A stretch of DNA of 64,000 nucleotides from the NCBI GenBank assembly GCA_964016885.1, contig OZ024741.1, positions 400,148,001 through 400,212,000 of the forward strand. Direction: 5' to 3'. Both the position numbers and the translations under genes were made by a program. Each line of letters opens with the position of its first letter. The stretch's first letter is position 1. The notes under the pieces are model-generated. The model had not been told where the DNA came from. It made no database searches and saw only the letters and a program-made list of their open reading frames with translations. Shown piece by piece: positions 24,330 to 35,450 of the stretch. Origin of the DNA: Eledone cirrhosa (lineage: Eukaryota).

Positions 24330-26760
24330 ATGTGTGCGTGTGTATGGAGGGGGGACATCAAGTGTAGTGTTGGCGAATTTCAGGAAGCATGGAGGTGTTA
24401 AAGGATGCAGTGTCTCGACAGCTAACAACTGATGCAGGGAGTTTGTTTCATGCTTCAGCAACTCTGAGCGTGAAAAAATGTTTCCGAAAGTCATGGGAGC
24501 TGTACTGTTTTCTGACTTTATGAGCATGTCCATGGGTGTTAGATACATGGAAATCAAAAAGGTACTCAGGGTTGTTGTTGGCAAGATGGTTAATAATTTT
24601 GTGGGTGTTTACCAAGTCAGTTGCCAGACGTCAGAGCTTCAATGTATCCATGCCCAGGGAAGCAAGGCGTTCAGAGTATGGTAGATGCCTGATGGAGGGT
24701 ATTCGCTTGGTTGCATGTCTCTGAACAGTTTCCAGGAGGTCAATGTTCTGAGCAAGATAGGGGTTCCAGACTGGTGATGCAAATTCTAAGTGTGGCCGCA
24801 CCATAGCTATATACAGCTTTAAATAGATAGCTGGAGAGCGGCTGACAAAGGTCTTGCTGAGTGATGCTAAGACACCCTCGGTCTTCTTGACAATTTTAGA
24901 GATGTGCTTCGTCCAACGCAAATCGCTGCTGACCGTAATGCTAGGGTCACGTTCACAAGAAGACTTCTTGATATTAGTGTTGTGGAGGGAGTATGTGGAT
25001 GCTGGGTTTTTACTCCCAAAATGCATGGTGGTATACTTGTCCACAGCCAGCTTGAGTTGCCAGTCTGTGATCCATTGCTGCATTGTATCCGGGTCAGATT
25101 GCAGGCAAGATCTATAGTGTTCAGGATCTTTCCTTTTTATCTCAAGGTACAGCTTGATGTCATCTGCATATTTCAGTACTGTGGCATTCTTTAAGTTGGC
25201 ATCTATGTCATTGATATATGCCACAAACAAAAGGGGGCCAAGAACAGATCCCTGTAGTACACCAGATGACATCTCATATGGTGAGGAATGCTGTCCTAGA
25301 ACCATGACTACCTCTCTTTGACTGAGAATGAAGGACTTCAACCAGTTAAAAAGATCATCCTTTACACCCATTGCAGAGAGTTTTGCCATAAGCCTTTTGT
25401 GTGGCACAGAATTGAAAGCTTTAGCAAAGTCAAGGTAAACAACATCCACCAATGAGCCGCCATCAGAGATCCAAGTGATGTCTTCAAGAAACTCGATAAG
25501 TTGATCACAGCAGCTGGAGTTAGGGATAAATCCAAATTGCTTCCAGAACACCTTACTGTCAGGGCTGGTTGCTATGCGCTGCTCAAATTCAAGCACTGCC
25601 TTTTTTGTCACCTGCTTGAGATGGTTGGATGATTTATTTCGCTTTTTCCTATTGATATCTGATTTATGCAATTTGTACACACGTTCAGCATTACAAGGTT
25701 CTTTTCTAGCAAGACGGACTGCTGCAGTCTCCCAAATTGTACCTTTGGGATGTTTTTTCTGCCTATGTGGCACCGATGCTGCACATGCTGTCCATATTGA
25801 GTTCTGGAGTACAGTGTTGTAAAACTCAAGCCAGTTTGGACGTAGCAGCTTGGTGCAGTAACAGTTCCAGTCTGCTTTATTCCAGTCAAAGTGAGCAGTT
25901 TGGAGATGCTTGTGATTTTTGTTACTGCCCATGAGGGATAGATTGGTAATGATCATAGCATGATCAGAGTCACCCAAAGGTTGCTCAGTAGTAACACTAA
26001 TAACCGTTTCAGGAGTAGTGGTGAAGAGCAGATCCCAAGTGTTGTTAGCTCTTGTTGGGGAGGTGACTACTTGGGACCTGTTCGAGTCCAGCACTAGCTC
26101 AAGGAAATCATTTGCACTTTGCGGCCAACGAAATGTTTCCCAGTCAATGTCAGGATGATTGAAGTCCCCTGCAATAAAAACATAAGTGGCTGTTTCCTGA
26201 CAACAGCTCTGAGGATATCACAAAGTTGAGTGTCCTGGTGGTAATTTGGGGGATGGTAATTGACTCCAAGTAGCAGTGTTGACATGGTCATACGTATATT
26301 GCAGAAAAATACTTCTTGGTTCAAATCAACACAAAGAATTGCTGAAAAGTTTGATCGGACGTAGACCATTACACCACCACCACCACGATTAATGCAGTCT
26401 TTACGAAACAGGTTATAGCTAATTATGCTGAAAACCTCATCACAGAGTAAGGAATGTGCCCATCTTTCCATGACTGTGATGAAGTTGGGGTCAATACTTT
26501 GATGTAGGAGTCAAAAAGATATATTGTATTGCATAGACTACGTGCATTTAAGGACAACAATTTGTACCTTGATTCCAGTCTATGATTATGTGCAGGGAAT
26601 GGCAGGTTGTTCTGATTTAGTTTCCCAGAGTTTTTTCAGTTTTTTTATTGTCAGTTGTTATGGGTACAGTGTTTTCAGTCCAGCTGGTATCTCTTTTCCA
26701 TGTTTCACCAGCCTTACTAAACTTCCATATCTGCCCATCATCATGTAGGCTGAAGCTTTC
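24330..26760 (-). mobile_element. CR1-clade LINE, degraded (APE endonuclease and RT, internal deletion)
   Basis: Motifs GGGGVMVYV, DLLFT..LGDSDH, VYLDFAKAFNSVPH, QGSVLGPLLF, KYADD and VRPHLEFASPVWNPY, with frameshifts and stops. Confidence 0.9.
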
Positions 26761-26889
26761 ATGTTCTGCCGACAGTTTTAAGAGAGTTAAAAAGACAGAT
26801 AATATTAATGATTAAGAGCAAGATAAAAAGTTCTCCACTTTTTTTTTTATTCAAGTAGTTACTGTGTACATTAATACATAATTAATTTT

Positions 26890-29391
26890 ACTCAACGCCT
26901 ACAACAGTAAAGAAGAACAGATAGAGACATTCAATGTAGAAGAGCACTGGGAGTTCTTAAAAAATAACTTACTAGAGGCGATGGATGAGATCTGTGGCTG
27001 GAGTAAGACCACAAGCAGGAGGAGAGTGACTTGGTGGTGGAACAATAAGGTATATGAGGCAGTTAAGGCCAAGAGACAGGCATGGAAACAATAGAAGAAC
27101 GGGGGGGGGGAGCAGGGTATATTACATAGAGACCAAGAGGGAAGCTAGGCGACAAATATACTTAGCTAGAAGGGAAGCAGAGGATAGAAAATTCAAGCAT
27201 ATTTTGCAACGTGAGGACCAGAAACAGGAGGTGTTCAAGATTGCGAGGCAGTGTGTCAGAATTGTGATGTCATTGGAGAGAAGTGTATCCAGAATGATAA
27301 AGGTGATCTTGCCCTCACAAGTGCTGAGAAGAAAGATGCATGGAAGAGCCATTATGATAGATCACTAAAGGAGAATGTATGGGAAGAAGAGACCCTACCC
27401 AAGTAGACCCTATAGAGGGGCCAGCAATACAAGTCAGTAGCAGCGTAGTAAGGCAATCAAAGATATGAAGATGGGGAAGGCAACCGGTCCATCGGGTATA
27501 GCTGCCGAGATGCTGAAGGCATCTGGGTCTGTAGGTCACACTATAACCACACGTATCGTTAACCAGGTAATACTAGAGGGGGCCATACCAAAAGATTGGT
27601 GCAGTAGCATCATTGTCAACTGCTACAAAGGTAAAGGCGATGCACTAGATAGAGGAAACTATAGAGGTATAAAGCTGATGGACCAGGTCATGAAAGTAAC
27701 AGAAAGAGTTATAGCACAGTTGATTAGGGACCGGGTCAAACTAGATGAGATACAATTTGGGTTTGTACCAGGAAGAGGCACCACTGATGCCCTCTTCCTT
27801 GTGAGGCAGTTACAGGAAAAGTAACTAGCTAAAAGTAAGCCACTCTACCTGGCATTCGTCGATCTCAAGAAAGCCTTTGACAGAGTTCCATGTGCTATAA
27901 TCTGGTGGGCTCTTAGAAAACTAGGAGTAGATGAATGGCTTGTGAAAGCTGTACAAGCCATGTATAGGGGAGCAGTCAGCAAGTTAGGGTTAGTAATGAC
28001 TATAGCGAGGAATTTAGCATACAGGTCGTTGTCCACCATGGCTCTGTTCTTAGCCCTCTCCTGTTCATCATAGTCCTGCAGGCAATAACGGAGGAGTTTA
28101 AGACCGGATGCCCATGGGAACTCCTGTATGTAGATGACCTCGCACTTATAGCTGAATCTATGGTAGAACTAGAGAAAAAATTCCAAACTTGGAAGCAGGG
28201 ACTAGAAAGAAAGGGTCTCAAAGTCAACCTGACAAAGACTAAGGTCCTTGTAAGTAGACGAGAAAACAAAACCCAGATCCCCTCAGGGAAATGGCCTTGC
28301 TCAGTATGTAGGAAAGGTGTAGGTAGGAACTCGATTCTCTGCCCCAAATGCAAACAATGGGTACACAAGAGATGTAGCGGGATCTCAGGAAGCTTAACTA
28401 AGACTGTAGGCTTCACATGTAGCAGCTGTGCTGGGACAGCAAGCAGCCACAGGAAACAAGTACCACCAATCTCTGGGAGGGCTCTGTAGAAACAGTAGAC
28501 AGCTTCTGGTACCTAGGTGACCGAATTAACAGCGGAGGTGGGTGTTCAGAAAGTACAATAACTAGGATAAGAATGGGATGGAAGAAGTTCAGGGAGCTAC
28601 TGCTACTGCTAGCTGCAAAAGGCTTTTCCCTCAAAATGAAAGTCAGACTGTATGATGCATGTATACGAACAGCAATGTTATATGGTAGTGAGACCTGGGC
28701 GCTGTCTGTAGAAGACTTGCATAGATTAGAAAGAAACAAAGCCTGCATGCTCCGATGGATGTGTAATAGTAATATACGCGAACGGCAAAGCATAAATGAA
28801 TTGAGAGAGAGACTGAGCATAAGAGGAATCAAATGCTGTGTGCAGGAGAGGCGGTTGCGTTGGTATGGACATGTGATGCGTATGAAGGATGACAGCTGCA
28901 TAAAAAGGTGCAGAGCACTAGAAGTTGATGGAAACCGCGGAGTGGGGAGACCCAAAATGATCTGGGATGAGGTGTAAAAGCCGACCTTACTCAATTACAC
29001 CTCTCAAAGGCGATGACACACGACCGTAACCTCGGCGTCACACAGTAATACAGAGTACCCGACCTCCCATGGGTACAAGCTGAAGCATATAGACAATATG
29101 CCCCCACACCCTCCCACTGCAAAGTGGTCGTAGAGGTGCCACGGCAAGAAAGCACCCAGCCCACACTGTAAAGTGGCCGTGTAGGCGCCACGGAAAAAAA
29201 GCACCCAGCACTCACTGTAAATAAGGTTGGTGTTAGGAAGGGCATCCAGCTGTAGAAATCAAGCCAAAATCAGTTTCTGTATGAGCAAGGCATGGTCAGC
29301 CAACCAGACACTGCCCACAACTGGACAACCCGTCTAACCCATTCTAGCATGGAAGAATGGACGTAAAACGGTGATGATGATGATGATGATG
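26890..29391 (+). mobile_element. RTE-clade LINE, degraded 5'-truncated copy (sister subfamily)
   Basis: ORF pieces 27465-27824, 28160-28489 and 28573-28977 match the RT, PHD-like finger and C-terminus. A (GAT)n tail is present. Confidence 0.92.
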
Positions 29392-29413
29392 AATTAAACA
29401 GATGGGACTTTAG

Positions 29414-29625
29414 CCCTTAAGCAGTTAAACCGGCCATATCCGCCCAGAATTCTCTCACCTCATTCTGTTCAAACCGGCTGTAACTGGCCACTCGTAGTAA
29501 TATTAAGGTAATGTTCTCAAAATATATAATATCAAAATCTCGTAGATTCGATATTATTTATGTAAGGTAAAGCCTTTACCATGCAAATATAATAGTAAAT
29601 ATAGAGTAATGTAAATGCTAGAGAG
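29414..29625. mobile_element. piggyBac-type MITE, second copy
   Basis: Homologous to 22978-23198 and ends taaatgctagagag|ttaa. Confidence 0.75.
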
Positions 29626-29659
29626 TTAAAGATGGTCTTATTTTCTTATTCCTACCAAT

Positions 29660-30075
29660 GATGTGATAATTGAGATTGGTAACTGACCAAATAGATAATA
29701 TACCTGTTTGAGTTTGAATCCTGGACTGAGTGGTGCATTGTGTTCTTGAGCAAGACACTTTATTTCATGTTACTCCAGTTTACTCAGCTGTAGAAATGAG
29801 TTGCTACGTCACTAGTATCAAGTTGTATCGGTCATTGCCTTTCTCTTGGACAACATCATATATATAATGTATATATAGTGTATGTTGTAAAGTCACTGGT
29901 GCCAAGCTGTATCAGCCATTGCCTTTCCCTTGGACAACATCAGTGGCATGAAGAGGGGAGACTGGTTTAGATGGGTGACTGCTGGTCTTCCACAAACACA
30001 CCTTGCACAGGCTTGTGCCTCAGAGGGGAACTTTCCAGGTGCAAAACCATGGTCATTCATGACTGAAGGGCTTAC
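29660..30075 (+). mobile_element. Degraded tRNA-derived SINE with an internal duplication
   Basis: B-box-like gtttgaatcc, then ttgtgttcttgagcaagacactttatttca..ctccagt shared with 23760-23955. 29808-29857 is duplicated at 29892-29942. Confidence 0.6.
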
Positions 30076-30529
30076 GACAGTCTCATAACTCCTGAGGGAG
30101 TTATAGGGGTGCCATATTGACAGCATGTCTAGGGCATTTTAAAACCAATCCAGGGTCTTCTTACTTCTGTTGGAGGAACCTCTCCCTGTTTAGCTTTGGT
30201 TATGTCAGGGGTGTAGCTATTATCACCATACTTAACCAGTTGCAAGTTGGTCAGGTTATTTAATCCATATTTGGGGTCGATAGTCACAGACTCTGAGGAG
30301 TTCATCTACCCTTTAAGAGCTCTTGTTTTTTGTGTTGCTGACCAGGGAGTGAGGGGAACCAGACCAGGGAGTGTGGGGGAACCAGTTTAGTTGCTGACCA
30401 CTTGATCATAAAGCAGGTTGTACTGGGTTACATGGTACCAGGAGCAGGCAGAAGTCTGGCCTGACCATTACTTGGTAAATAAGAGAAATGGTAGAGCCTT
30501 AAATAAAATGACTCTCATTATTATGGCAT

Positions 30530-30756
30530 AAAGGGCAGTAGCTTGACAGTATCGGTAGAGTGTCAGACACCATGTTTTGCAGCATAGAGTTATAGCCCTT
30601 TACGTTCTGAATTCAAATCCTGCTGTCGTTAGCTTTGTCTTTCATCTGTATGAGGTCAATAAAATAAAGTACCAGTAATGCACTGAGGTCAATTTAATCA
30701 ACTTTTCCCTACCCTCAAAATTACTGGCCTTGTGCCTAAAGTAGAAATCATTATTT
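30530..30756 (+). mobile_element. tRNA-derived SINE, same family as the 23.3-23.6 kb copies
   Basis: ttcaaatcc..aaaataaagtaccag..ggccttgtgcctaaagtagaaatcattatt. Confidence 0.8.
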
Positions 30757-30966
30757 AGTGAAGTTATTTTACATGTGTCTTTGAATTCTGTTACGGTCAA
30801 TGTTACCTTTTATCAGTGCTGGACTTACCTACAAACTAAATAAGCTATAATGTAGGACCATACATACCTCTGGTACCTCATTTTAAAAATATAATTTTAT
30901 TTTATCATTAGTCTTTATTCTTTAACACTAAATCATCAGAAATGACATATACAGTATATATATATA

Positions 30967-31325
30967 TGGATGTGCAATGTCAATGTGCATGAACGACCAA
31001 GCATAGATGAGGTGAGAGAGAAACTGTGTTTAAGAAGGATAAGTTGTGGTGTGCGTGGGAGAAGACTCAGATGGTATGGACATATGATGCACATGGAGGA
31101 TGACCGCTGGGTAAAGAAGTGCCAAGAAATCGCAGTAGAAGGAAGACGCAGTAGAGGAAGACCACGAAAAACATGGGCGGAGGTGGTGAGAGCAGACCTC
31201 AGATAGTTGAAGCTCACAGAGGAGATGACAAAGGACCGTGACAAGTGGAGAAATGCTGTGCTGAATAGGACTCGTCCCACCCTTGCAAGCTGGGAAAAGC
31301 GGACGTAAAATGATGATGATGGTGA
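30967..31325 (+). mobile_element. 3' end of a second RTE family with a short UTR
   Basis: [21 protein letters not shown], ending ggacgtaaaa(tga)n. Confidence 0.85.
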
Positions 31326-31357
<32 letters not shown>

Positions 31358-31384
31358 CCTATATATATATACATATATATATAT

Positions 31385-31437
<53 letters not shown>

Positions 31438-31442
<5 letters not shown>

Positions 31443-32276
31443 AATGAAAGGCAGGCTGTATGATGCCTGCATACGAACAGCAATGTTACATGGCAGTGAG
31501 ACCTGGGCATTGAGTGCAGAGGATATACGCAGACTGGAGAGAAACGAAGCTTGCATGCTCCACTGGATGTGTAATAGTAATATACGTGAACGGCAAAGCA
31601 TAAACGAACTAAGGGAGAAATTAAAATTAAGAGGGATCAGATGTTGTTTACTCGAGAGAAGACTACGTTGGTATGGTCACGTGATGCGCATGAAAGATGA
31701 CAGCTGTATAAAAAAGTGCAGGGCAATAAAAATAGACGGTAGCCACGGAGTAGGCAGACCCAGAAAAACCTGGGACGACTTGATAAATTTCGACCTCACA
31801 CACTTACACCTCTCCAAGACAATGTCACTGGACCGAGATCTTTGGCGCTACACAGTAATAGAGAAGACCCGCCTTTCCTAAGTGCAAAGTGAAACCTACT
31901 ACAGTCAGTAGGCACCTCTAACAAAATACACCCCCGTCCCACTACCCTCACCCCATCCACACCACCCCTTTCAATGTAAAGTTATGTTGGTACCACAACA
32001 TCCAGCCCGAAACAAATGAGGTCGTGTAGGTGTTACGACAAAAAAACACACAGTCCACGCTGTAATGTGGCCGTGTAGGTAACATGGTAAAAACCTCCCA
32101 GTTCCACACTGTAAATGTGGTTGGTGTTAGGAAGGGCATCCAGCCGTACAAAACCCGCCAGACAGTCCTATGCGTGCAAGACAACCACTCATGCCTCAAG
32201 TGGGAAAACTCCCGTCCAAACCCATGCGAGCGTGGAATATGAACGTTAAACGAAGATGATGATGATGATGATGATA
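31438..32276 (+). mobile_element. RTE 3' fragment
   Basis: ORF 31444-31881 matches the C-terminus of 32727-34541. Same UTR and (GAT)n tail. Confidence 0.92.
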
Positions 32277-32327
32277 TATGTGTATAGGAACATATAAGAC
32301 ATAGGAAAATCTGCTTCGTAGAATCAA

Positions 32328-32420
32328 GACATATCCGAAAACCGAGTGATTTCAGTCAGGTATGATCAACTTATCGATCGTGCCTTGAGCTGGTCACCCG
32401 AGAAACAATTGTAATATGTC
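32328..32420 (+). ncRNA. Degenerate hammerhead motif in a Penelope-like remnant
   Basis: Reads gacatat CCGAAAA [long stem II] GAAA caattg TA atatgtc, then AATAAA. Stem I is a perfect 7 bp and the core is mutated. Confidence 0.55.
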
Positions 32421-32465
32421 CAATAAATTCCTTTTGTTGCAACACTGACTCTCTTTTTCTGTGAT

Positions 32466-32606
32466 ATATATGGTTTTATAAATATAGTTTCCATTTATTT
32501 AATATCATTGAATATTTACTCCAGGAATTTGCTGAGTGCTCTAAATCAGTTATAAACATTTATATTTATATTTGTCGGATTTCCAACAAATTAAATACCC
32601 CTTCTA

Positions 32607-32610
<4 letters not shown>
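32466..32610 (+). mobile_element. Family X Penelope-like tail
   Basis: Homologous to the reverse complement of 14147-14275 and ends in (TA)n. Confidence 0.7.
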
Positions 32611-32645
<35 letters not shown>

Positions 32646-32684
32646 CAAAGTGGAGGTGTTACATAGGAGATTTATTGCTTAATC

Positions 32685-32772
32685 CTGGTTACAAATGTTT
32701 CACAAGCAGCCAGCTCGTGATTTGGGTTGGCATCCCAGACCAGACTCCAAGTCTTCCTGATCCTCAGATCAG
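32685..32772 (-). ncRNA. Hammerhead motif in a Penelope-like remnant (about 32645-32790)
   Basis: Reads ctgat CTGAGGA [long domain II] GAAA catttg TA accag, then AATAAA and (TA)n. Confidence 0.6.
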
Positions 32773-32799
32773 TGTTAACACACACAAAAAAACAGTGTC

Positions 32800-34541
32800 A
32801 CTATGAGAGACTATTAAATGAGGAGAATAAATGGGAAAAAGATAGTCTGCCCAAAATCGATCATCCAATAGAAGGACCAGCGGTGCAAGTTAAAGGTAGT
32901 ATAATAAGTAAGGCAATCAAAGATATGAAGACAGGCATGGCAGCTGGGCCTTCGGAGATAGTTGCTGAGATGTTGAAGGCATTTGGAATGGTGGGACATA
33001 CTATGGTCACCCGTATAGTTAACCAAGTAATACAGAATGGGGTCATACCAAAAGACTGGCGTAGCAGCATCATCATTAACTGCTACAAGGGTAAAGGGGA
33101 TGCTCTAGATAGGGGAAACTATAGAGGCATTAAGTTAGTTGACCAGGTCATGAAGGTCACAGAAAGAGTTATAGCGCAACTAATCAGAGAGCGAATTGAT
33201 CTAGATGAAATGCAATTTGGGTTTGTGTCAGGAAAAAGTACCACAGACGCTCTTTTCCTTGTACGACAACTACAAGAGAAGTACCTAGCTAAAAGTAAAC
33301 CCCTCTACTTAGCTTTTGTAGACCTGGAGAATGCTTTTGACAGAGTCCCCCGCTCCATTATCTGGTGGGCTCTTAGAAAACTAGGTGTAGATGAATGGCT
33401 TGTGAGAGCTATACAAGCTATGTATAATGAAACAGTCAGTAAGCTTAGAATTAATAATGAATATTGTGAAGAATTTAGTGTAAAAGTTGGCGTTCATCAA
33501 GGCTCTGTCCTTAGCCCCCTCTTATTTATTATTGCCCTTCAGGCTATAACAGAGGAGTTCATGACCGGCTGCCCATGGGAACTCCTATACGCAGATGATC
33601 TAACGCTCATAGCTGAATCAATGGCTGAACTAGAAAAGAAATTCCAAACATGGAAGCATGGCCTAGAATCAAAAGGCCTTAAAGTTAACTTGTCTAAGAC
33701 TAAAGTCCTAGTTTGTAGAAAGGAAAATAAGGCACAGGTACCCTCAGGAAAATGGCCTTGCTCAGTGTGTAGGAAAGGAGTAGGCAGAAATTCAATTTTA
33801 TGTCCCAAATGCAAAGTATGGGTACATAAAAGATGTAGTGGGATCACAGGTAAACTATCTAAGAACGTAGACTTTATATGTGACCGATGCTCAGGTGCAA
33901 TAGGTAGCAAGTGTCCACAGGATACTAGCCCCTTCTATTGCCCAGAGGGTTCTATAGAAATAGTAGACACTTTCCGTTACCTGGGTGACGAAATCAGCAG
34001 TGGTGGAGGGTGTTCTGAAAGTAGAGTAGCCAGAGTCAGAACGGGATGGAAAAAGTTCAGAGAGCTTATACCGCTGTTGGCCACAAAAGGTTTCTCTCTA
34101 AAAATGAAAGTCAGATTGTATGATGCTTGTATACGAACAGCAATGCTATATGGCAGTGAGACATGGGCATTGCATGCAGAGGACCTGTGTAGACTGGAAA
34201 GGAAAGAAGCATGCATGCTCTGTTGGATGTGTAATAGTAATATACATGAATGGCAAAGCATAAATGAACTAAGTGAGAAATTAGGAATAAGAGGGATCAG
34301 ATGCTGTTTACTCGAGGGAAGACTACGTTGGTATGGCCACATGATGCGCATGAAAGACGACAGCTGTATAAAAAAGTGCAGGGCGATCAAAATTGATGGT
34401 AGTTACGGTGTAGGTAGACCCAGAAAAACCTGGGACGATCTGATAAATTTCGACCTTACACACTTGCACCTCTCTAAGACAATGTCACTGGACCGAGATC
34501 TTTGGCGCTACGCAGTAATACAGAAGACCCGCCTTGCCTAA
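32800..34541 (+). CDS. RTE reverse transcriptase with an embedded PHD-like Cys/His finger (no endonuclease)
   Basis: Motifs NYRGIKL, QFGF, AFVDLENAFDRVPR, GVHQGSVLSPLLF, LLYADD, CSVC..CPKC..HKRC..CDRC, YGSETW, LRWYGH and GRPRKTW. The first ~24 aa of the listed ORF come from flanking DNA. Confidence 0.92.
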
Positions 34542-34965
34542 GTACAAAGCGAAACCTACAGTCAGTAGGAACCTCTTAACCAAATATACACCCCAATCCA
34601 CTACCCCTACCCTATCCTCCCACGCCCGCCAACCCCACCCCCTCTCTATAAAGTTGCTACCACAACATCCAGTCCAAATAAATGAGATAAATGAGATCGA
34701 GATTGAGATCGTGTAGATGTCACGAGAAAAAAAAACACACAGTCCACGCTGTAATGTGGCCGTGTAGGTAACATGGTAAAAAGTTCCTAGTTCCACACTG
34801 TAAATGTGGTTGGTGTTAAGAAGGGCATCCAGCTGTAGAAAACCTGCCAGATAGTCCTATATGAGCGAGACACGGTCACCCGACCAACCTTGCCTCAAGT
34901 GGGATAACTCCCGTCTAACCCATGCTAGCGTGGAAAGTGGACGTTAAACGAGGATGATGATGATA
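32800..34965 (+). mobile_element. RTE-clade LINE, 5'-truncated, best preserved copy
   Basis: Uninterrupted RT frame, 3' UTR and (GAT)n tail. Confidence 0.95.
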
Positions 34966-34980
34966 TATATATATATAGTG

Positions 34981-35013
<33 letters not shown>

Positions 35014-35243
35014 AATTACATAATAAACAACACAATATAATTATTTCATTACCGAAGGTTTCAAGAAACTAGATGTTTCTTGTAAGGAACATCTAGTTCA
35101 TTTGTCAGACAAGAATCGTGTAGTTTCTTGAAACTTTTGGTAATGAAATAATTATATTGTGTTGTTTATTATGTAATTAAATAGCTCTGTCCAATACATA
35201 GAGCACTCTTCTTTCCTCTACCTTTTTTACAGAAATACTTAAC
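35014..35243. mobile_element. Penelope-like inverted pair with a degenerate HHR (35044-35114 -)
   Basis: 35014-35071 is inverted to 35121-35178. The HHR reads CTGACAA..aactagatgtt/aacatctagtt..GAAA ccttcgg TA. The tail on the + arm is related to 9225-9330. Confidence 0.7.
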
Positions 35244-35450
35244 ACACACACATATATATATAAGCGCAGAAAGTTTGTATTTTTGTGTGTGTGTGTTAAC
35301 AGGGTGGACACCAAAGCATTAAAAACAATTTAGTGTACATGTATATTGTATTGTATTAATAAAAATTATATTGAAATAACAAAGGTTTTATTTTCATAAT
35401 CCTATCATCTGTGATGTTAAGGTACTGATTGAATCTAATGATTAGTTAAA

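Noticed and set aside
33539-34390. Antisense ORFs over the RTE (also at 7798-8184 and 28000-28994)
   Set aside because: These are shadow frames of the sense ORFs with no independent motifs.
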